A stretch of 64,000 nt of DNA from the NCBI GenBank assembly GCA_963771405.1, contig CAVYUL010000106.1, forward strand, positions 22,725-86,724. Reading direction: 5' to 3'. The DNA is from Bryobacterales bacterium. GTDB lineage: Bacteria; Acidobacteriota; Terriglobia; Bryobacterales; Bryobacteraceae. Each line of letters opens with the position of its first letter. Within the stretch, counting starts at the first letter, position 1. Below, piece by piece: positions 35,187-48,770 of the stretch. The notes below the pieces were generated by a model, which was not told the origin of the DNA, did not search any database, and worked only from the letters and a program-made list of their open reading frames with translations. The position numbers and the translations under genes were made by a program.

Positions 35187-37370
35187 ATGCGCCGATTACT
35201 CTTCCTCCTCGCTCTCTCCAGCGCCGCTCTTTCAGCCCAAGTGAAAGTGAAAGGCGACGAAATTGGTGGCGTCGTCACCAGTCCCCAAGGCCCCGAAGCC
35301 GGAGTTTGGGTCATCGCGGAAACAACCGGTCTTCCCACTCGTTACATCAAAGAAGTTGTTACCGATGATCGCGGCCGCTATCTTATCCCCGCGCTCCCCA
35401 GCGCCACTTACTCTGTCTGGGCTCGCGGTTATGGCTTAGTGGATTCGCCAAAAATACAGAGCAAGCCCGGCAAGCAGATCAACTTACACCCAACGGTCGC
35501 GCCCGACAAGAAGACCGCCGCGCAGTTGTATCCCGGCAATTATTGGTACGCCATGCTCACCATTCCCGAAAAGAATGAGTTCCCCGGTACCGGCCCCAAT
35601 GGCAATGGCATCTCGCCCAACGTCAAGACGCAGGAACAGTGGCTGCATCTGATCAAGACCGATAGTTGCGAATCCTGCCATCAATTAGGCAACGCCTACA
35701 CCCGCACGATTCCTAAGCTCTTTGAGAACTTCGATTCGCCCGCGCAAGCCTGGATGCGCCGTGTGCAATCGGGCCAAGCCGGTAGCGCCATGGTCGGCGG
35801 TCTGAATCAACTCGGCCCCCAACGCGCCACCGCTCAATTCGCCGATTGGACCACTCGCATCGCTCACGGCGAACTCCCGTTCGACGCCCCACCGCGCCCG
35901 CAAGGCATCGAGCGCAACATCGTAATCACTCAAGTGGATTGGGCCGGCGAAAAGGTTTATCTGCACGATGAGATCTCAAGTGATAAACGCAATCCTCGCG
36001 TCAACGCCAACGGCCTGATCTACGGGTCGCCCGAAGAAAGCAGTGACTTCCTCCCTGTGCTCGATCCCGTTCACTACACACTCAGCCGCGTCAAAGTCCC
36101 CTACCGCGATCCTGATACGCCCGGCCAGCCCAAACCTCTCCAACCCTCCGCCATTTGGGGCGATGAAGCGATTTGGGATAGCCACACCACTGTCCACAAT
36201 CCCATGTTCGATGAGCGTGGCCGCGTCTGGCTCACCGCTCGCATCCGCGCCACTAAGAACCCCGCCTTTTGCCAGGATGAGTCCAGCAGTATCTCTGCAA
36301 AGCTCACGCCGCTCGCCACTTCCGGCCGTCAACTCGCTGTCTACGATCCCGCTACCGGCCAGACTTCGCTCATCGATACCTGCTTCAGCACGCACCATCT
36401 TGTCTTTGCCTCCGACGCCAACAACACTCTCTGGACCAGTTCCGGCGGTGGTGGCGGCGTCGTCGGTTGGTTGAACACCAGGCTGTGGGACGCAACCCAC
36501 GATGCCCAACAATCGCAAGGTTGGACCGAGCTTGTGCTCGACACCAACGGCAACGGCAAACGCGATCCCTATCTTGAATCCGAACAAAAAGTGCTCACCG
36601 CGCCCAGCGGCGAAAGCCTCGGCACTTCCTCCGCGCTAACCGGCCCCGTTGCCGATCCTACTCGCGACACCAGATTGAACGCCGCCTTCTACGGCCTCGC
36701 AGTCGCTACCGATGGTGCTGTTTGGGGTAGCGTCCTCGGCTTCCCCGGCGGCATCGTGCGCTTGAATCCCGGCCCCAATCCTCCCGAAACCGCGCTCGCC
36801 GAATACTACGAAGTGCCCTGGCACAACCCCAACGCGCCCGTCTGGGGCTTCTCACCGCGCGGCATGGATATCGATGGCAACAACGTCGTGTGGGTCGCTC
36901 TCGGCAGCGGCCATCTCGCCAGCTTCGATCGCGCCAAATGCAAGGGCCCGCTCAACGGACCCACTGCCACCGGTCAACATTGTCCCGAAGGCTGGACGCT
37001 CTATCCCACGCCCGGTCCCAATTTCCACAACATCAAGATCTCCGGCAGTGCCGATTCCCATTACTACGATTGGGTCGATCGCTTCGACACCCTCGGCCTC
37101 GGCAACAACACACCCATCATCACCGGCAATTCATCTGATTCGTTGATCGCTCTCGTCAACGGCAAGTGGGTTGTCATGCGCGTGCCATATCCCTTGGGCT
37201 TCTTCGCCAAAGGCATGGACGGCCGCATCGATGATCCCAACACAGGTTGGAAAGGCAAAGGTGTTTGGACAACCTGGGGCACTCGCACGCCTTTCCACAG
37301 CGAGACGGGGAAGGGAACTACCAGTAAAGTCGTTCACTTTCAGATCCGCCCCAACCCTCTCGCCGACTGA
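35187..37370 (+). CDS. Secreted CarboxypepD_reg-like domain protein with a single CxxCH haem-binding motif
   Basis: 727 aa with signal peptide MRRLLFLLALSSAALSAQ. N-terminal Ig-like regulatory domain (GVWVIAETTGLPTRYIKEVVTDDRGRYLIPALPSATYSVWA). CESCH at codons 161-165 (nt 35667-35681). Confidence 0.6.
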   Translation: MRRLLFLLALSSAALSAQVKVKGDEIGGVVTSPQGPEAGVWVIAETTGLPTRYIKEVVTDDRGRYLIPALPSATYSVWARGYGLVDSPKIQSKPGKQINLHPTVAPDKKTAAQLYPGNYWYAMLTIPEKNEFPGTGPNGNGISPNVKTQEQWLHLIKTDSCESCHQLGNAYTRTIPKLFENFDSPAQAWMRRVQSGQAGSAMVGGLNQLGPQRATAQFADWTTRIAHGELPFDAPPRPQGIERNIVITQVDWAGEKVYLHDEISSDKRNPRVNANGLIYGSPEESSDFLPVLDPVHYTLSRVKVPYRDPDTPGQPKPLQPSAIWGDEAIWDSHTTVHNPMFDERGRVWLTARIRATKNPAFCQDESSSISAKLTPLATSGRQLAVYDPATGQTSLIDTCFSTHHLVFASDANNTLWTSSGGGGGVVGWLNTRLWDATHDAQQSQGWTELVLDTNGNGKRDPYLESEQKVLTAPSGESLGTSSALTGPVADPTRDTRLNAAFYGLAVATDGAVWGSVLGFPGGIVRLNPGPNPPETALAEYYEVPWHNPNAPVWGFSPRGMDIDGNNVVWVALGSGHLASFDRAKCKGPLNGPTATGQHCPEGWTLYPTPGPNFHNIKISGSADSHYYDWVDRFDTLGLGNNTPIITGNSSDSLIALVNGKWVVMRVPYPLGFFAKGMDGRIDDPNTGWKGKGVWTTWGTRTPFHSETGKGTTSKVVHFQIRPNPLAD

Positions 37371-37390
37371 ATTCGTTACTGTAAGATCTG

Positions 37391-40024
<2,634 letters not shown>

Positions 40025-40029
40025 CGAAA

Positions 40030-40614
40030 TTAGAAAAGGAATTCCAAGATGGCGGAAAGCTGATTTCGCTGTTCACCCGGAACGTGCGAGCCGCTCACCG
40101 TAATCAGGCTGTCCTGCCCCCAGAAAGTGTAGCGAAGCTGCGGATCGATCAGGATAACCCTCCTGATCCCAAATTCGATTCCTCCGCCCGCTGTAAAACC
40201 GTAAGGCGCAATGTTGAACTTGTTGAGATGCCCTCGAAAGGAGATGCCCCCTTCCGCGAACGGGCGTAACGGGCCGTTTGTGAAACGGGCTTTGAGCATG
40301 ACGGGTATCTCGAAAACCGTGTAGTTGTAAAGCGTCTGCGGTGTGAAGTGCGGAGGCGGATTTTCGCCCACTTCGAGGTTGAACGGATGCACCAGGAAGT
40401 CGCCTTCGATGGATAGCCCCGCTGGCAATCTCACCTCGGCCGCCGCGCCCACTATCGCCTTGTGAGCGGATCGAAACGTGAAGCCATCGGTGTTCTTGAT
40501 AACCGAATTAGTGATGGGAATTCCGCCCAGAAAGCCATACAAAAACTGTTGGCCGAAAGCGCTGCTTGCAAACAGAAGCGCGCCAATCCCGAAACCCCAA
40601 TGCTTCAGATTCAT
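40030..40614 (-). CDS. Small outer-membrane beta-barrel protein
   Basis: 194 aa with signal peptide MNLKHWGFGIGALLFASSAFGQQ. Alternating hydrophobic pattern and C-terminal aromatic residue (...ILEFLF). Confidence 0.55.
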   Translation of the reverse strand: MNLKHWGFGIGALLFASSAFGQQFLYGFLGGIPITNSVIKNTDGFTFRSAHKAIVGAAAEVRLPAGLSIEGDFLVHPFNLEVGENPPPHFTPQTLYNYTVFEIPVMLKARFTNGPLRPFAEGGISFRGHLNKFNIAPYGFTAGGGIEFGIRRVILIDPQLRYTFWGQDSLITVSGSHVPGEQRNQLSAILEFLF

Positions 40615-40683
40615 GATTTATTCGACGGAGAACGTTTCAATTGTATTTCTTTTTAAAAACACAACCGATGGCGAAACCCTCTA

Positions 40684-41907
40684 CTAAAGGTGTCGGCTCA
40701 CCGGCGGAAGACTCAGCAATCCAATCGCTAATCCTGCCGCAGCCGCACCCGCAATCGGCACTAAGAATTTCGGATTGTCAAAAATGCCGGCGTGCGCATT
40801 CGGCGGGGCGCTCGCGCCACTGTTTCCCGCAGAGGGAGGGTTGCCATTCGTCGCCGGCGTCTGCTCGTCAGGCCCGGTTCCCACACCTACCGGACCAGCA
40901 GCGTCGAAGAAAATGCCGTTCACCACCGCACCCGCTCCACCGTTCCCAGTTACTTGAATCTGAACGTGGCCCATGATGTTCCAAGCTTCGTAAACGCCCC
41001 CGGAGAACGAAGTGAATGTCTGAGTCGACAAAATTTCCTTCGTTGTCGCATCGAAAATAGTGACCGTTTCAGAGCGGTTGGCATTATCGAAATCCGCCAA
41101 ATAGAGCGCCACGCGGTGCGTATACCCGTCGTTCAAGCTCATATCGATGGTGAAGTTGTTCGCATACTCCGAGGCAATGCGGCTGGCTGAGCCGCTGGCT
41201 GTTTGCAGTGCACGCGGATCGCTGGAATCCCGCTGTGTGACGGCGGTCGTCTCACCTACCAGACTAATGGTCGCGTAAGACGGAACATTGTTGGTTAAAC
41301 CGGGAATCATTAATCCATCCGAACCGTACTTGCCCGTCCAATTACCCAACGTCGAACCGTCTGTCCCCGCAAAGGAAGCCGAAGCATTCGCCGCTGAGTC
41401 TTCCGGAGCCAGTGCCGGCCGGTCTCTAGGGAAAAATACTCGATTGGGCGTCGTGTTGTTGGCGCCAGCGGCTCCTGCGCTGACAGACGCAACCAGCGTG
41501 GGAGCGGGCGGTGCGGGCGCTGAAGGCACAACCTTAGCCGCCGAACCGTTCTTATGCTCTGAATCCAGATTCGTGACCGCTAGATTTGAACCCGGCGTCA
41601 GTTTAAAATCAAGCGCGCCTCCCAGCAAAACAACCTTGGGCTTTACTTCAGCACCGGCTATTTGTACCGACGAATTTGCGCCTAGTTTTAACTCGCTGCC
41701 GTCTTTGAATAGCAGGACAGCCGGACCATGAAGCGTTCCAACGGTGTCACCCACAACAATCGGAAATGAAGTTACCCCCGGTGTATTTATGGAATGCCCG
41801 TCAAGCGCAAATGGTTCCGCGCTAGTAATAGTCGCAACGGGGCGCGATGCAAAAAGTGTTGAAAGGAACAGTACGGAAAGAAACATCAATCTGACGATTT
41901 GTTTCAT
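40684..41907 (-). CDS. Secreted hypothetical protein with FecR-like N-terminal region and C-terminal TM anchor
   Basis: 407 aa with a signal peptide, a central carbohydrate-binding-like region and C-terminal AGAAAAGLAIGLLSL. No confident family. Confidence 0.4.
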   Translation of the reverse strand: MKQIVRLMFLSVLFLSTLFASRPVATITSAEPFALDGHSINTPGVTSFPIVVGDTVGTLHGPAVLLFKDGSELKLGANSSVQIAGAEVKPKVVLLGGALDFKLTPGSNLAVTNLDSEHKNGSAAKVVPSAPAPPAPTLVASVSAGAAGANNTTPNRVFFPRDRPALAPEDSAANASASFAGTDGSTLGNWTGKYGSDGLMIPGLTNNVPSYATISLVGETTAVTQRDSSDPRALQTASGSASRIASEYANNFTIDMSLNDGYTHRVALYLADFDNANRSETVTIFDATTKEILSTQTFTSFSGGVYEAWNIMGHVQIQVTGNGGAGAVVNGIFFDAAGPVGVGTGPDEQTPATNGNPPSAGNSGASAPPNAHAGIFDNPKFLVPIAGAAAAGLAIGLLSLPPVSRHL

Positions 41908-42013
41908 AGTTTAGGGTTTTGCCAACCTGGATGTCTCTCCATTATAGACCCTTAGCCGCATTTTCTGTTTCGCCTCCAGATACCGTAAACTACTTGATTG
42001 AGGGGAGTGCAGC

Positions 42014-42475
42014 ATGATCCGGCTGAAGATTAATGGCGTTTCACGACAATTCCAGGGCGACCCTGAAATGCCGCTCCTGTGGTTCCTCCGGGACGGCTTA
42101 CAGCTAACGGGCTCCAAATTCGGTTGTGGCGCGGGCTTGTGCGGTGCGTGCACCGTTCACGTCAATGGTGAACCCGTGCGCAGTTGTTCGATGCAGATGA
42201 AGGACCTGCACGGCAAGAACGTCACAACCATTGAAGGTTTGAGCGCTACTGGCGATCACCCGGTGCAAAAAGCCTGGCAAGCGGCCCATGTTCCGCAGTG
42301 CGGCTATTGTCAAAGCGGCCAAATCATGCAAGCCGCCGCATTGTTGAAAAGTCACCCGCACCCCACCGATGACGAGATTGACTCTGCCATGCAAGGCAAC
42401 ATTTGCCGATGCGGCACCTATCAGCGCATTCGCGAGGCCATTAAGGCGGCTGCCGCCGAAGGGACACGGGCATGA
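42014..42475 (+). CDS. (2Fe-2S)-binding small subunit of a molybdopterin hydroxylase (IorA/aldehyde dehydrogenase type)
   Basis: 153 aa. Plant-type and second [2Fe-2S] Cys clusters: [13 protein letters not shown] and [10 protein letters not shown]...CRCGTY. Confidence 0.9.
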   Translation: MIRLKINGVSRQFQGDPEMPLLWFLRDGLQLTGSKFGCGAGLCGACTVHVNGEPVRSCSMQMKDLHGKNVTTIEGLSATGDHPVQKAWQAAHVPQCGYCQSGQIMQAAALLKSHPHPTDDEIDSAMQGNICRCGTYQRIREAIKAAAAEGTRA

Positions 42476-44718
42476 AAGAAATTCAACTTGCGTCACGCCG
42501 CGATTTCCTGGGCGGAATCTTTTCCGCCGGCGCTCTGGTGTTCGCCGTCGGCACGGCTTCAAAGCCAGTCGTTGCGCGCGATGTTACAACGACCGCCTTC
42601 CATCCCAACATCTGGGTTGGCATTGATACCGATGGCACCGTCACCATCGTGACGCACCGCTCGGAAATGGGCACCGGCATACGCACGTCGCTCCCCATGG
42701 TGGTTGCCGATGAACTCGGGGCCGATTGGTCGCACGTACGCATCGAACAGGCCATCGGCGACAAGAAATACGGGTCGCAGGATACCGACGGTTCGCAATC
42801 CATCCGCGATTTCTACGACATCATGCGCGAAGCCGGCGCCAGTGGCCGCTTAATGCTGGAGCGCGCCGCCGCTGCGCAATGGAACGTACCCGCCAGCGAA
42901 TGCCGCGGCGAAGATCACTTCGTTCATCACGCCGTCAGCGGCAAACAACTGGGCTATGGCGAACTCGCCGCTGCCGCCGCCAAACTCGATCTTCCCAAGA
43001 AAGAAGACCTGCGGCTCAAATCGCCTGGCGAATTCCGCTACATCGGCAAAGGCGTGCCGATTGTCGATTTGAAAGATATTTGCACGGGCCAGGGCAAGTA
43101 TGGCTTCGATGCTTACATGCCCGGCATGGTGTACGCCTCCATTGAGCGGCCGCCAGTCCTGGGCGGCAAACTGAAGAGCTTTGACGATTCGGCTGCTAAA
43201 AGCGTGGCCGGCGTTCAGCAAACCGTCGTGCTAGACGGCGCCAAACCGCCGTACGTGTTTCAAGCCCTCGGTGGCGTGGCTGTCATTGCCGATAACACCT
43301 GGGCCGCTTCACAAGGCCGGAAAAAGCTCAAGATCGAATGGGAGTTCGGCCCGCACGCCATATTCGAATCGGATTCGTACAAGAAATCGCTCATCGAAAC
43401 AGCCAACAAACCGCAACAAGTAGTGCGCAGCATCGGCGATGTCGATGCTGCGCTCGCCAACGCAACCAAGGTGGTTGAGGCAAACTATTACACGCCTCTG
43501 CTCGCCCACGCGCCGATGGAACCGCCCGCTGCGCTGGCGCATTTCAAAGACGGCAAAGTGGAAATATGGGCCGCGACCCAAGATCCGCAAGCGGTGCAGA
43601 CAACCGTTTCGCAAGCTCTCGGTATTAAACCCGAAGATGTGACCTGCCACGTCACGTTGCTCGGGGGCGCGTTCGGCCGCAAATCCAAGCCGGATTATGT
43701 CGCTGAAGCCTCACTGCTCTCAAAGAAGGTCGGCAAACCTGTCAAGATCAGTTGGACCCGCGAAGAAGACATCCATTTCGATTACTTCCACGCCACTTCG
43801 GCCATGTATTTCAAAGCCGGCCTCGATTCTGCCGGTAAACCGTCGGCGTGGCTGCAGCGCACTGTCTTCCCGCCCATTGCGTCCACCTTCAACGACAAGG
43901 AGCGCTACGGCGGCGATGAACTCGGTCTCGGCTTCCTCGATATGCCGTTCGATATTCCCAACATCCGGGGCGAAAACGGCCCCGCCGAACCGCATGTCCG
44001 TATCGGCTGGCTGCGCTCGGTATCGAACATTTTTCACGCGTACGGCATTCAGTCGTTCATTGACGAACTCGCGCACGCTGCCCGACGGGATCCTATCGAT
44101 TACTGGCTTGAGACGTTGGGCGAGCCCCGCAAACTAGATTTGTCTACCCAGAAAGCGAAGTACGACAACTACGGCAAATCGCTCGAACTGTACCCGCTCG
44201 ATACCGGCCGCTTGCGCCAAGTCGTTGAAGTGGTCGCGGAAAAATCCGGCTGGGCGAACAAACGTTCAAGTCCCGGCCACGCCTGGGGTTTTGCGGCACA
44301 TCGCAGCTTTCTCACGTACGTTGCCACTGTAGTTGAAGTCGAGGTCGATCAAAACGGCAAGCTGCGAATCCCGACCGTCCACATGGCGGTTGATTGCGGC
44401 CAGGTCATCCATCCCGATCGTGTCAAAGCTCAATTCGAAGGCGCATCGGTAATGGGCGCAGGCATCGCCATGATGGGCGAAATCACGGGCGCCGATGGCC
44501 GAGTGGTGCAAGGCAACTTCAACACTTATCTGGTGCCTCGCATCAACGAGGCACCGTTCCAAACGCAGGTACATATGGTGGAGACCAAAGGCGCCTTGCC
44601 CACGGGCAGCGGCGAACCCGGCATACCGCCGATGTCACCAGCCATCTGCAACGCGATCTTCGCCGCTACGGGCAAACGAATCCGCGAACTGCCGATCAAG
44701 AAGACGAAACTCGCTTAG
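42472..44718 (+). CDS. Molybdopterin-binding large subunit (IorB / xanthine-dehydrogenase family) with Tat signal
   Basis: 748 aa. ATGA overlap with the small-subunit gene. SRRDFLGG twin-arginine motif. Aldehyde-oxidase/XDH-type C-terminal domains (GGAFGRK, GEPGIPP). Confidence 0.85.
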   Translation: MKEIQLASRRDFLGGIFSAGALVFAVGTASKPVVARDVTTTAFHPNIWVGIDTDGTVTIVTHRSEMGTGIRTSLPMVVADELGADWSHVRIEQAIGDKKYGSQDTDGSQSIRDFYDIMREAGASGRLMLERAAAAQWNVPASECRGEDHFVHHAVSGKQLGYGELAAAAAKLDLPKKEDLRLKSPGEFRYIGKGVPIVDLKDICTGQGKYGFDAYMPGMVYASIERPPVLGGKLKSFDDSAAKSVAGVQQTVVLDGAKPPYVFQALGGVAVIADNTWAASQGRKKLKIEWEFGPHAIFESDSYKKSLIETANKPQQVVRSIGDVDAALANATKVVEANYYTPLLAHAPMEPPAALAHFKDGKVEIWAATQDPQAVQTTVSQALGIKPEDVTCHVTLLGGAFGRKSKPDYVAEASLLSKKVGKPVKISWTREEDIHFDYFHATSAMYFKAGLDSAGKPSAWLQRTVFPPIASTFNDKERYGGDELGLGFLDMPFDIPNIRGENGPAEPHVRIGWLRSVSNIFHAYGIQSFIDELAHAARRDPIDYWLETLGEPRKLDLSTQKAKYDNYGKSLELYPLDTGRLRQVVEVVAEKSGWANKRSSPGHAWGFAAHRSFLTYVATVVEVEVDQNGKLRIPTVHMAVDCGQVIHPDRVKAQFEGASVMGAGIAMMGEITGADGRVVQGNFNTYLVPRINEAPFQTQVHMVETKGALPTGSGEPGIPPMSPAICNAIFAATGKRIRELPIKKTKLA

Positions 44719-46358
44719 TTGGCGAGCGCGTAGGCGTATAACGTGTCGCCAGCGCCGATGACCAGATACTGCTTGCCGTCCAGCGTATAAGTAGAAGGCC
44801 CGTTCGCCACACTCCCGCCAAGGGTGGTGTGCCAAACAATCCTTCCGCTTGTCGGATCAAACGCGATCAGGTGGCGCGAGTTATCGGCTCCAAACAACAA
44901 CTTGCCTGCTGTGGAAAGCAAACCGCCCGCACTCCCGCCCGGGTAATCGTGCCGCCAAACCGTCTTACCGGTCGTATAATCAATCGCGCGGAGTGTGCTG
45001 CCTAATCCGCCGGAATTCTTCTCCGCCGCACCGTAACCCTCCGGATGTGGGTCAGTATCCGTCAAATAAAACACGCTGTATGACGCGCTGGTATTCACAT
45101 AAAACAATCCGGTTTCCGGATCAAAACTCGGCGCCGGCCAGTTCGTGGCACCACCCGAAGGCGGAGATACCAACACGCCTGCCACTTGCGGCTCTTTGGC
45201 GGGATCGGGAATCGGCGAGCCATTGGCATCCACACCTTTCGACCAGTTCATAGTCTCCAGAAACGGATGCGAAACAAGATTTTTCCCTGTCTCGCGATCC
45301 AACACAAAGAAGTATCCATTGCGGTTCGCTTGCGCTAAAAGCTTGCGCGGCTTGCCGTTGATCTCGGCGTCGAACAAGACCGTCGTCTGGGTCGAATCCC
45401 AATCATGCGTGTCATGCGGCGACGCCTGGAAATACCACTTCATCTTGCCGGTATCGATATCGATCGCCACAATCGAGCAGGTGAACAGATCGGCACCTTT
45501 CCGGCTTTGTCCCGCCATCACAGGATTCGGATTGCCGGTGCCCAGGTAATAAAGTTTGAGTTCGGGATCATAAGTCCCCGGCACCCAGGTCATGCCGCCG
45601 CCATGGCGCATCGAGTATTCATCCGGCCAACTCTCCGCTCCGGGATCGCCTTTCTTCATCGGCTCGCTCCACCATTTCCATTGCACGTCGCCGGTTTCCG
45701 GATCGCGTGCTTCGAGGAAACCTGGCACGTCGAGCGAATCGCCGCCGGTTCCCACAATCACGTGATTGCCGACAATAATCGGCGCGGGAGTGGAGAAATA
45801 TTCCTGCTTCACGTCGGCAATTTCTTTGTGCCAGCGTTCTTTCCCGGTCTGCGCATCGAGCGAAACCAGATAGTTGTCCGGCGTCTCAAAGAACAGCCAG
45901 TTACCGTACATGCCTACGCCGCGGTTGCCGATGTGAATGCCGCCGCGCGTGCGCCAGAAATAGTGCCAAAGTTCTTTGCCCGTATGCGCATCTACCGCCC
46001 AAGTGTTATCGGGCGTGGTGAAGTATAAAGCACCATTCACCATCAGAGGCGTGGATTTGATACTGACACCGAACGGATGGGCACTCTTTTCATCCGCGTT
46101 GGGCGCCGGACCTTCGCCGCCGACAACCGATCCCGCCGTTTCACCCGCCACAGCCTTGTATGACCAAGCAAGCTTTAAGCCGCTGATGTTCGACTGATTG
46201 ATTTGTGTGAGCGGGCTGAACCGCTCTCCGGTGTAATCGCCGTTATACGTTGGCCACGCATTTGTCGGCCGCTTCAACAATAAAGCCGGATCGAGAATCT
46301 GCGCGGGCAGTAGGGCCGCCGTCAAAATCAAGAAAAGAGAAAAGCGAGTCAGCTTCAT
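44715..46358 (-). CDS. PQQ-dependent dehydrogenase (methanol/ethanol quinoprotein family)
   Basis: 547 aa with a signal peptide. N-terminal WPTYNGDYTGERFSPLTQINQSNISGLKLAW and repeated propeller W-motifs. Confidence 0.85.
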   Translation of the reverse strand: MKLTRFSLFLILTAALLPAQILDPALLLKRPTNAWPTYNGDYTGERFSPLTQINQSNISGLKLAWSYKAVAGETAGSVVGGEGPAPNADEKSAHPFGVSIKSTPLMVNGALYFTTPDNTWAVDAHTGKELWHYFWRTRGGIHIGNRGVGMYGNWLFFETPDNYLVSLDAQTGKERWHKEIADVKQEYFSTPAPIIVGNHVIVGTGGDSLDVPGFLEARDPETGDVQWKWWSEPMKKGDPGAESWPDEYSMRHGGGMTWVPGTYDPELKLYYLGTGNPNPVMAGQSRKGADLFTCSIVAIDIDTGKMKWYFQASPHDTHDWDSTQTTVLFDAEINGKPRKLLAQANRNGYFFVLDRETGKNLVSHPFLETMNWSKGVDANGSPIPDPAKEPQVAGVLVSPPSGGATNWPAPSFDPETGLFYVNTSASYSVFYLTDTDPHPEGYGAAEKNSGGLGSTLRAIDYTTGKTVWRHDYPGGSAGGLLSTAGKLLFGADNSRHLIAFDPTSGRIVWHTTLGGSVANGPSTYTLDGKQYLVIGAGDTLYAYALAN

Positions 46359-47212
46359 TTCAACGTCACCAGGTAAGCAGTCAGATTGTGAATATCGGCG
46401 TCGGTATATTGCCGCAACAGTTCGGTGTGGCGCTTTAGGGGGTCGTGCAGTTCCACTTTCGGCACATCGTTATCGCGTTCGAAGGTCCGCAATTTGCCGT
46501 CGTCACCCGTCAAGGAAATGCTGAAATCGTCCACCCGATCCAGCACTCCGTTCACCACCTCGCCTGAAGGCAAGGTGACCGTGGCTGTCACGGCCGTGCC
46601 CTTATCAACGGGGCCGCGCGCCCCATAACGAGAAGCCCGCGGCATCACAATCTTTTGCTGCAAACTTACCGGATCATATTTCGAGCCAACGTGCGCCAAA
46701 TCTCCGGTCACCGAATGGCAACTGGTACAACCGCCCGCACCGTTGAAATACGCTTGTCCGGCCTGCGCATCGCCCACCAAAATGTCGAGAATCTTGTAGG
46801 TGCCGCGCTGCGCCGCAGCCCGCACGCTGTCGTGCAGAAAGGCGGTGATATCGGCGATTTGATCGGGCGAAAGTGAAAACTTGGGCATGCCTTTATCGGG
46901 CCGCCCGTTGAGCACGACCTTGCTAATCAAGTCGCCATTTTCATCGTGCAAAACAGTGAGAGAGCGCAATAAATCCGGCCCGGTTTCGCCGCCTTTGGCG
47001 TTGCCGCCATGGCAAAAGGCGCAGTTGGCGGTGTAGGTTTTCTTGCCGCGATCGAGCGTTTCGGGGTCATATTCCTTGTAGTTCAAGCCGGCGCCCGCGC
47101 CGCCTCGACGCTGCGGCTGCGGCTGCGGCGGAGGTGTTTGCGCCCAAGCGGCAAACACAATTCCAGCCAGCAAAACCAGCGCCACGCGGGCAGGTTTTAC
47201 AATTTCAAGCAA
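46355..47212 (-). CDS. Dihaem c-type cytochrome
   Basis: 285 aa with a signal peptide. Two CxxCH motifs (CAFCH, CTSCH). Translationally coupled (4-nt overlap) upstream of the PQQ dehydrogenase gene. Confidence 0.8.
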   Translation of the reverse strand: MLEIVKPARVALVLLAGIVFAAWAQTPPPQPQPQRRGGAGAGLNYKEYDPETLDRGKKTYTANCAFCHGGNAKGGETGPDLLRSLTVLHDENGDLISKVVLNGRPDKGMPKFSLSPDQIADITAFLHDSVRAAAQRGTYKILDILVGDAQAGQAYFNGAGGCTSCHSVTGDLAHVGSKYDPVSLQQKIVMPRASRYGARGPVDKGTAVTATVTLPSGEVVNGVLDRVDDFSISLTGDDGKLRTFERDNDVPKVELHDPLKRHTELLRQYTDADIHNLTAYLVTLK

Positions 47213-47243
47213 GCTAAATTTTCTCCTCGGGTTTACAAATGAA

Positions 47244-48770
47244 GTGTATCGCGACTCTCAACGGCTAGAATGCCATTTGGCCTCCGAATATATTCGGGTT
47301 CATGCATCCGACAACGTCGCCATAGTGGTTTCGCCCGATGGCTTGATGGCTCGGGAACACATCCCGCAATCCCACAAGATCGCTCTTGGGCGCATTGAGC
47401 AGAACCAACCGATTCTTCGCTATGGCCAAACCATCGGCTATGCCACACGCGATATCGAAGCGGGCAGTTGGGTTCGCGAACAAGATCTCGCTTTGCCCAA
47501 CGCTCCGCCGCTTGCAGAAATGCCGCTTTCCACCGCGGTCCCGGCTCCGCTGGCGCCACTTGAAGGCTTCACTTTCAAAGGCTTCAAGAACTTGGATGGC
47601 AGCGTGGGCACACGTAATATTCTCGGTATCACCACGACTGTGCAGTGCGTCGCGCCTACTGTTGAATACGCCGCCCGCCGCATCAAGAACGAAATTCTGC
47701 CGCGCTTTGCGAATGTCGATGACGTTGTCGCCGTGACGCACGGATATGGCTGCGGTGTTGCCATCAACGCTCCCGGCGCGGCCATCCCGATCAGCACTCT
47801 GAAACACATCAGTGCGCACGCCAACTTCGCCGCGAATCCTCTTGTCGTCAGTTTGGGATGCGAAAAACTCCAACCTGCAAAACTCTTCTCAGACGACTTC
47901 CCCGTCTTAGCCGGCCCGTCCAATGTCATCCGCCTGCAAGACGAACTTGGATTCGCCGCCAGTGTCAGCGCCATCATGCAAGCCGCCGAAAAGCGACTCG
48001 CCGAACTGAATCAACGGCGTCGGGAGACTGTGCCGGCTTCTTATCTCTCAGTTGGCCTGCAATGTGGCGGAAGCGACGCGTTTTCCGGCGTTACCTGCAA
48101 CCCCGCCGCCGGTTTCGCCGCCGATCTGCTGGTCCGCGCCGGAGCGTCTGTCTTCTTCTCCGAAGTCACTGAAGTGCGCGACGCGATCCACCTACTCACG
48201 CCGCGCGCCATAAACGTTAATGTCGCCCGCAAACTGCTCGCCGAAATGAAGTGGTACGACGATTACCTTGCCTCGGGCTCTGCCGACCGCAGCGCGAATC
48301 CCACTCCGGGCAACAAGCGCGGCGGCCTCGCGAACATTGTCGAAAAGGCTCTCGGCTCTATCGCCAAGGCCGGCACGACTGCGATCATGGACGTCGCGAG
48401 TCACGGCCAGAAAGTGCAAACCAAAGGACTCGTGTTTGCGGCCACGCCGGCGAGCGATTTCATTTGCGGCACGCAGCAACTCGCCTCCATGAACCTGCAT
48501 GTGTTTACAACAGGGGAGGGAAGTCCTTACAGCCTCTCGTTAGTTCCAGTGATCAAAGTCTCATCGCGCACGGCGCTGGCCGAAAAATGGCACGATCTGA
48601 TCGATATCGATGCGGGCCGCATCGCCTGCGGCAGCGCCAGCATCGAAGACATCGGCTGGGAGCTATTTCACTTCATGCTGGATGTTGCCAGCGGCAAAAA
48701 GAAAACCTGGGCCGAGCATTGGGGACTGGGTAATGCGCTTGTCCCGTTCAATCCCGGCCCGGTGACGTAA
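47244..48770 (+). CDS. garD: Galactarate dehydratase (UxaA/GarD family)
   Basis: 508 aa, collinear with my recollection of E. coli GarD: SAF domain DNVAIV...IPQSHKIAL, then LEGFTFKGFKNLDGSVGTRNILGITTTVQCVA, YGCGVAINAPGA and SLGCEKLQP. The start codon is uncertain (GTG 47244). Confidence 0.85.
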   Translation: MYRDSQRLECHLASEYIRVHASDNVAIVVSPDGLMAREHIPQSHKIALGRIEQNQPILRYGQTIGYATRDIEAGSWVREQDLALPNAPPLAEMPLSTAVPAPLAPLEGFTFKGFKNLDGSVGTRNILGITTTVQCVAPTVEYAARRIKNEILPRFANVDDVVAVTHGYGCGVAINAPGAAIPISTLKHISAHANFAANPLVVSLGCEKLQPAKLFSDDFPVLAGPSNVIRLQDELGFAASVSAIMQAAEKRLAELNQRRRETVPASYLSVGLQCGGSDAFSGVTCNPAAGFAADLLVRAGASVFFSEVTEVRDAIHLLTPRAINVNVARKLLAEMKWYDDYLASGSADRSANPTPGNKRGGLANIVEKALGSIAKAGTTAIMDVASHGQKVQTKGLVFAATPASDFICGTQQLASMNLHVFTTGEGSPYSLSLVPVIKVSSRTALAEKWHDLIDIDAGRIACGSASIEDIGWELFHFMLDVASGKKKTWAEHWGLGNALVPFNPGPVT

